NCBI GenBank assembly: GCA_016839705.1
Contig: JAEOTR010000006.1
Coordinates: forward strand, 1 to 64,000
Direction of reading: 5' to 3'
DNA: 64,000 nucleotides
Source: Promethearchaeota archaeon
GTDB taxonomy: Archaea > Asgardarchaeota > Lokiarchaeia > Sigyniarchaeales > SOKP01
The position numbers and the translations under genes were made by a program. The notes beneath the pieces are model-generated. The model was not told the origin of the DNA, did not search any database, and saw only the letters and a list, made by a program, of their open reading frames with translations. This document shows positions 59,379 through 64,000 of this stretch, piece after piece; position 1 is the stretch's first letter, and every line of letters begins with the position of its first letter.

Positions 59379-60470
59379 TTATAAAATCTTGACATCTGTT
59401 GCTTTAAAATTGATAAAGACTTCAGATCCTATTTCTAAACCCAATTTTTCTTTTGAGAGTTCTGTAATTGTAATTAAAAACTTCTCGGAGCCACTAATAA
59501 TAATTAAATGACAAATATTCCCAAGATCACGAATATTTTCGATTTTACCTTTAAAGGTGTTCCGATAACTTGTATTTTTTGGAGGTTCTTTAACGATTCC
59601 AATACTTTCTGGTCGTATACATACTTTTACTTCCCCTTCTTGTTGATCAGAGGCTGTTATGATTATATCACCCACCTGAATCTGAGATAAACCAGTGTTA
59701 TTATCTAATTCTGCAATACCATATAAAATATTTTCATATCCAACAAAAAGAGCTGTAAATTCATCCTTTGGAGCAATAAATATTTCATTCGGGCTTCCGA
59801 TTTGGGTTATTTGTCCATTGTTGAGTACTGCGATGCGATCTGCATATTTTATTGCTTCAAGTGGATCGTGAGTACTCATGATAATAGTTTTTTCTTTATC
59901 TTGCTTTATCTTCATTATAAAATCGTCTAATAATTTAACATTCATCGAATCAAGATTAGCTGATACTTCATCTAATAAATAAATTTCAGGATTAATAATA
60001 AAATTCATTGCTATCGCAACGCGTTGCATTTCACCCCCAGATAAAGATCGTGCATTTTTATTCTCCATACCGTTGAATCCTATAAAAGTAATAAGTTCTT
60101 GTACCGATTTTTTATACTCATCAAGCTTAATACCACGCACCTTTAAACCATACGCGATATTATTAAATAAAGTTGTATTCCGTACTACAGGTTTTTGTCT
60201 GACAAATGAGAATTTTCTCCGATAATTGGTCAGTTCTTTTCCTGAAATTTTTGTTATATCTTTTCCATCATAAAATATTTGTCCTTGTGTAGCTGAATCT
60301 AGTAAACCTATTATTCTTAATAACGTAGTTTTACCGCTTCCATTTGGGCCAATAATAACAAAGCACTCCCCTTTTTCAACTGTAAAATTGATATTGGAGA
60401 GGATACTAATTACTGATTTATCTCCTTTATAAAAATTTTTACTAAGATCTTTTACATCAAGTAGTTTCAT
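59379..60470 (-). CDS. tupC: Tungstate ABC transporter ATPase with C-terminal TOBE
   Basis: GPNGSGKT, LSGGEMQR, LLDE, SYRN.F.G.I TOBE, operon context. Confidence 0.85.
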   Translation of the reverse strand: MKLLDVKDLSKNFYKGDKSVISILSNINFTVEKGECFVIIGPNGSGKTTLLRIIGLLDSATQGQIFYDGKDITKISGKELTNYRRKFSFVRQKPVVRNTTLFNNIAYGLKVRGIKLDEYKKSVQELITFIGFNGMENKNARSLSGGEMQRVAIAMNFIINPEIYLLDEVSANLDSMNVKLLDDFIMKIKQDKEKTIIMSTHDPLEAIKYADRIAVLNNGQITQIGSPNEIFIAPKDEFTALFVGYENILYGIAELDNNTGLSQIQVGDIIITASDQQEGEVKVCIRPESIGIVKEPPKNTSYRNTFKGKIENIRDLGNICHLIIISGSEKFLITITELSKEKLGLEIGSEVFINFKATDVKIL

Positions 60471-60471
60471 A

Positions 60472-61167
60472 CTAATCAGCTCGAGTTTGTAGACGAGTCA
60501 TTCCATAATTCACAATAAAAGCAGTTAAGATAAGGATTACACCCAAAGCGATTGCCATTCCAAATTCTCCCATACGCGTTTGAAGTACAATGGAAGTAGT
60601 AAAGGTCCTTGTTTCCCAACGTATATTACCTCCTACAATCATTACAGCACCCACCTCTGAAATTGCTTGACCAAAAGCGACAAGAAATCCAGCAATTATG
60701 GATTTTTTTGAATGTTTTATTAGTTCCCACCATAGTTGTCGTTCATTAGCGCCTAAGGAAAGAACAGTTTCCTTTAAAGAAGGATCGATACTTTCAATAG
60801 CTGCCTTTGCGGTCCCCATTATAATAGGAACAGCTAAAAGAAATTGAGCTACTATCATGGCTGTTGTTGAATAAAGTAGTCCTAAAACACCAAATGGACC
60901 ATTACGAGAAAGTAGTAGATAAACAATCAATCCCATTACCACAGGGGGAAATCCCATAAACGTATTAATCAAATTTGATAATTCTTTCTTTCCCTTGAAT
61001 TTTCTCAAGCCTATATATGATCCAATTGGCAATGCAACTAAAGCAGCCAGAAACGTTGATGTTAATGAGACTCGAAATGAGACTTCAATAATACCCCAAA
61101 CTTCTGGATCAAACATGAAGATTAAACGAATAGCTTCTAATATTCCCTCTATAATTTCATTTGCCAT
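60472..61167 (-). CDS. tupB: Tungstate ABC transporter permease
   Basis: MGFPPVVMGL, LSRNGPFG, SEVGAVMIVGGNI...TR.FTT. Confidence 0.92.
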   Translation of the reverse strand: MANEIIEGILEAIRLIFMFDPEVWGIIEVSFRVSLTSTFLAALVALPIGSYIGLRKFKGKKELSNLINTFMGFPPVVMGLIVYLLLSRNGPFGVLGLLYSTTAMIVAQFLLAVPIIMGTAKAAIESIDPSLKETVLSLGANERQLWWELIKHSKKSIIAGFLVAFGQAISEVGAVMIVGGNIRWETRTFTTSIVLQTRMGEFGMAIALGVILILTAFIVNYGMTRLQTRAD

Positions 61168-61211
61168 AATTCCGACTTATATTAAAAAAATTGATATTTG
61201 TTATATTTTTT

Positions 61212-62246
61212 TTAGATTGTTAAACTTACAAATTCGGCTTGAAATGGAGTCCATATCGCAGTCTCATTATTAGTTGTAGTACAACTTGTTGTACTATTGC
61301 ACAGTCCAAAACTTGAATGGAATAAAACAGCATTATTTTTTGTGTATGCATTAATTAAGGTCTGACCGTAAGGAGATGTAAGAAAGCCAACAAATCTACA
61401 TGCAGAAAGGAATTTCACATGTGGATGCAAAACAGGATTAACAGGAATAGCGCCATATGGATTTAGCAGGAAATCTTCACCAACTACAGACGCTGCAAGA
61501 ATATTCAAAGATGTATAAGTATCATTAAATGACAACCATGTACCTCGATCTACAATCGTATATCCCTCATGAGTTGCATCATCATCTTCCCAAGTCATTA
61601 ATAATGTTGAAGCCATACCTTGCCCCGTTTCCGTATATTTATCTGGTTGTCCCGCCCATTTTGTTGCAGCAATAACACCAATCTCTCCCCACAACTCTTT
61701 TTCTTTTGAATGAGTGCCCGAATTGTCACCTCTTGAATAAAAAGTCATATTCCCTGTGTCAATTGCATCTCGTAATTTCGTCATTACAGTTGTTATATTA
61801 TCATCTGGTAGCAAATTAGCTGGATTAGACGAATGTCCAACGATTATAAAGTCATTGTACATTACACAAGCGCGATGTATTCCATAGGAAATACCATCAA
61901 CACCAAGACTAGAATTAACAAAATCATCTTCTCTCGATCTTGAATGAACTAGAATTACGTCAGCATTTCCATCTTTCCCATACTGTATTGCAGTCCCAGT
62001 TCCAACTGATAACACTTTTATTTGAATTCCCGTCTGTTCAGTAAATTTTGGAAGTAAATAGTCTAATAATCCTGAATCATATGTGGAAGTAGTAGTGGCT
62101 AATGTTATTTTTTCTGGATTTTGGGCATTCAAATAATCTATTGCAAAATATGCTCCAATAGAACCACCTGCAATAATCACTATAGCTAATATTACAGCTG
62201 TTTTATGTTCAAGTATTCTTCCTTTTAAAGTTTTTCTTGAAGACAT
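61212..62246 (-). CDS. tupA: Tungstate-binding protein
   Basis: ATTTSTYDSGLL (TTTS signature), VGTG.A, MYNDF, SRGDNSGTH.KE, N-terminal anchor. Confidence 0.93.
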   Translation of the reverse strand: MSSRKTLKGRILEHKTAVILAIVIIAGGSIGAYFAIDYLNAQNPEKITLATTTSTYDSGLLDYLLPKFTEQTGIQIKVLSVGTGTAIQYGKDGNADVILVHSRSREDDFVNSSLGVDGISYGIHRACVMYNDFIIVGHSSNPANLLPDDNITTVMTKLRDAIDTGNMTFYSRGDNSGTHSKEKELWGEIGVIAATKWAGQPDKYTETGQGMASTLLMTWEDDDATHEGYTIVDRGTWLSFNDTYTSLNILAASVVGEDFLLNPYGAIPVNPVLHPHVKFLSACRFVGFLTSPYGQTLINAYTKNNAVLFHSSFGLCNSTTSCTTTNNETAIWTPFQAEFVSLTI

Positions 62247-62307
62247 CTTATTTTTTCAGATTTTTTTTGTTTGATAAAACGATAGGTATCACCGTCTTTG
62301 TAGCTAT

Positions 62308-62336
62308 GACCATTATGTACAATCATACATATCGTC
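62308..62336. promoter_or_regulatory. ModE-like operator palindrome / leader hairpin upstream of the tup-moa operon
   Basis: GAC-cat-TATGTA-caatca-TACATA-tc-GTC, downstream (minus strand) of TATA TTTATAAA at 62362-62369. Confidence 0.55.
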
Positions 62337-62449
62337 TGTTAAATGCTTAAATCACAAATTATTTATAAATTTACCTAGAAAAAATAATAAAAAAGAGGAG
62401 TTAGAAATGAATAATTCTTTACATATTCAAAATTCCATTTTACTTACAG

Positions 62450-63253
62450 CTAATCAGTTTTTTCTTTAAGTGGTGTGAGGTCAGACGCATCCTTTAAAAA
62501 AAGTATAGCATGAGACATCAATAGAATATTGAGTACATATGTAATATCAATCAAGAAATATATATCAATCTGAAATCGTCCATACCTTGCATTCCCAATT
62601 AACAAATCGGAGAACACAAAGATCGCTGAGGCCAAAACAATCATTACGCGAAATATTATTGATCTTTGGGTATAACCCAATCCAAACCAAGAGATACATG
62701 CCATAGATCCAATAGCAGCTACATACGGGATTACTATTAGAGACTCTGTGTCACTCCAAACAAATACAATAAAGGCCACTGGAATAAATATAGCCCAAAA
62801 TATTACAGATGTTATGAAAACACGACGAAGTTTTGGATGACTTAGTGGAACTCGTGGACCAATCGAAAAAATTCCTGAGAAAGCAATAATTAAGGAAAAC
62901 TGCATTAACAAATACACAATAACTCCGATGATAAAATCATAATGAATGGTAATAGTAGCGATAAGTCCAACGATCATTGAGATTACAATCCAATTTAGAA
63001 AGCGTTGTGGTTTTAGTTGATAAGTATCTACGGGATTAGTGCTGTTTATAATATCCTCAAACTTTTTAGTATCAATCGAGTAAAATCTAATAATTAAAGT
63101 AGATAATGTTATAATGATGCTAGCAAGCCATGCAATGAAAACAATCTTTGATCCTTGAATTTGATTAATAAGTTCTGATATTATTATTGTTATAAAACCT
63201 GCTATCCCCAGTATAGAAGGTAAAATAGTATATTTTGATAGTTTTAGATTCAT
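62450..63253 (-). CDS. YhhN/lysoplasmalogenase-like membrane protein
   Basis: Multi-TM, VIPYVAAIGSM, AIFVFSDLLIG, ITY motifs typical of the YhhN C-terminal half. Confidence 0.65.
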   Translation of the reverse strand: MNLKLSKYTILPSILGIAGFITIIISELINQIQGSKIVFIAWLASIIITLSTLIIRFYSIDTKKFEDIINSTNPVDTYQLKPQRFLNWIVISMIVGLIATITIHYDFIIGVIVYLLMQFSLIIAFSGIFSIGPRVPLSHPKLRRVFITSVIFWAIFIPVAFIVFVWSDTESLIVIPYVAAIGSMACISWFGLGYTQRSIIFRVMIVLASAIFVFSDLLIGNARYGRFQIDIYFLIDITYVLNILLMSHAILFLKDASDLTPLKEKTD

Positions 63254-63378
63254 TTTTCCATCATCTTTGACTTATAAATTTAACATATTCTAAATGCTAA
63301 TTAAATAAAAAGGTTATGAAAAGATTTTCATTCCCTTGATGGGATAAAGAATGCTAATAAAATAATATAATTATGGTT

Positions 63379-63999
63379 CTATTTTGTAGCTTTTAAAGTG
63401 AATAAAAGAGGAATTTCTGCTTTTTGGTTTTTTAAATGACAATAACCATCGGGTCCTTTTTCTGCAAACGGGAATTGCTTCCAGACAGTGAACGGATATT
63501 CATTTAGAAATTCAATTCTCAAACCCGCTTCAATAAGTGAATTAATGATATCTGACATGCTATGAGCCCATTCATATTCTTTTTTTGGTTCAATTTTAAC
63601 ATCTGAACCATATGATCCATCAGCAGTAAATTCCATCGGTTCTGGATGATAGAAGTAATTGTAATAAACCTGAAGGTCTTTGATATCTTCAGTTTCATTG
63701 TCAAAAACCATTGAAAATGGATGAATTTCAGCAATGTAAAAGAATCCACCTGGTTTTAGGAAATGAGTAATGATTTTTCCCCATTCTTTTAGATCGTATA
63801 GCCAACAGAGTACTCCGATTGAAGTATATACAATATCAAATTTTTCAGTTAGAACCTTAGGCAAATCATAGAGATTTGATTCAATGAAATTAGCTTTAAG
63901 TTTCGCTTGCTTAGCAAGTAGTTTTGCTAATCGAACTCCCTCACTGGATATGTCAGTTCCTGTAACTGTTGCTCCTTCTCTTGCCCAAGAAAGTGTATC
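63379..63999 (-). CDS. Class I SAM-dependent methyltransferase (5'-partial)
   Basis: Frame open to the window edge (DTLSWAREGATVTGTDIS), FDIVYTSIGVLCW, LKPGG.FY..E.HP. Confidence 0.9.
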   Translation of the reverse strand, partial: DTLSWAREGATVTGTDISSEGVRLAKLLAKQAKLKANFIESNLYDLPKVLTEKFDIVYTSIGVLCWLYDLKEWGKIITHFLKPGGFFYIAEIHPFSMVFDNETEDIKDLQVYYNYFYHPEPMEFTADGSYGSDVKIEPKKEYEWAHSMSDIINSLIEAGLRIEFLNEYPFTVWKQFPFAEKGPDGYCHLKNQKAEIPLLFTLKATK

Positions 64000-64000
64000 A

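Noticed and set aside
6340-63749. About 30 short ORFs overlapping larger genes, mostly antisense (e.g. 6340-6636, 11400-11681, 20987-21382, 55470-56042, 59005-59367)
   Set aside because: They lie within well-supported genes and show shadow-ORF composition with no motifs.
1-64000. Selenoprotein UGA read-through, tRNA/rRNA, CRISPR arrays, transposases
   Set aside because: TGA-ending genes appear complete. No GC-rich structural RNA islands, spaced repeats or transposase motifs were seen by eye. tRNAscan-SE/Infernal would be needed to exclude them formally.

Overview
AT-rich archaeal chromosome segment, almost certainly Asgard (Lokiarchaeia-like). This is inferred from two Ras-superfamily small GTPases, several longin/uDENN-like domains, IPG[FY]-type C-terminal sorting signals, archaeal Nre/PAC2/DUF2070 genes and TATA/oligo-T signals. 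It is gene-dense (about 53 CDS). I saw no rRNA, tRNA, CRISPR array or intact mobile element. Housekeeping and metabolic content: CorA, two MscS, an amino-acid racemase, FadH-like reductase, RsmB-type methylase, QueT, tungsten AOR, an acyl-CoA ligase/FabH-like cluster, NreA, FTR1, a carboxylesterase and a 10-gene tupABC-moaCADE-moeA-moaB-moeA pterin-cofactor operon. Most interesting candidates: (1) a co-oriented cluster of 7TM protein, TM-HAMP-TPR-vWA protein, HAMP-only protein and a beta-propeller/adaptin-appendage/Zn-ribbon protein with BBS2/7/9-like architecture (7223-12109); (2) a 7TM - small GTPase - longin/wHTH gene trio resembling a proto-GPCR/G-protein module (24805-26692); (3) two giant single-pass surface proteins with cytoplasmic longin + wHTH tails; (4) a candidate programmed -1 frameshift (A_GAU_UUU, 6-nt spacer, hairpin) joining a MoxR AAA+ to a vWA ORF; (5) an MFS transporter with a possible MIT-like tail; (6) ModE-like and DtxR-like operator palindromes and a deleted-AOR relic. 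All domain calls come from motif reading by eye, not from database searches.
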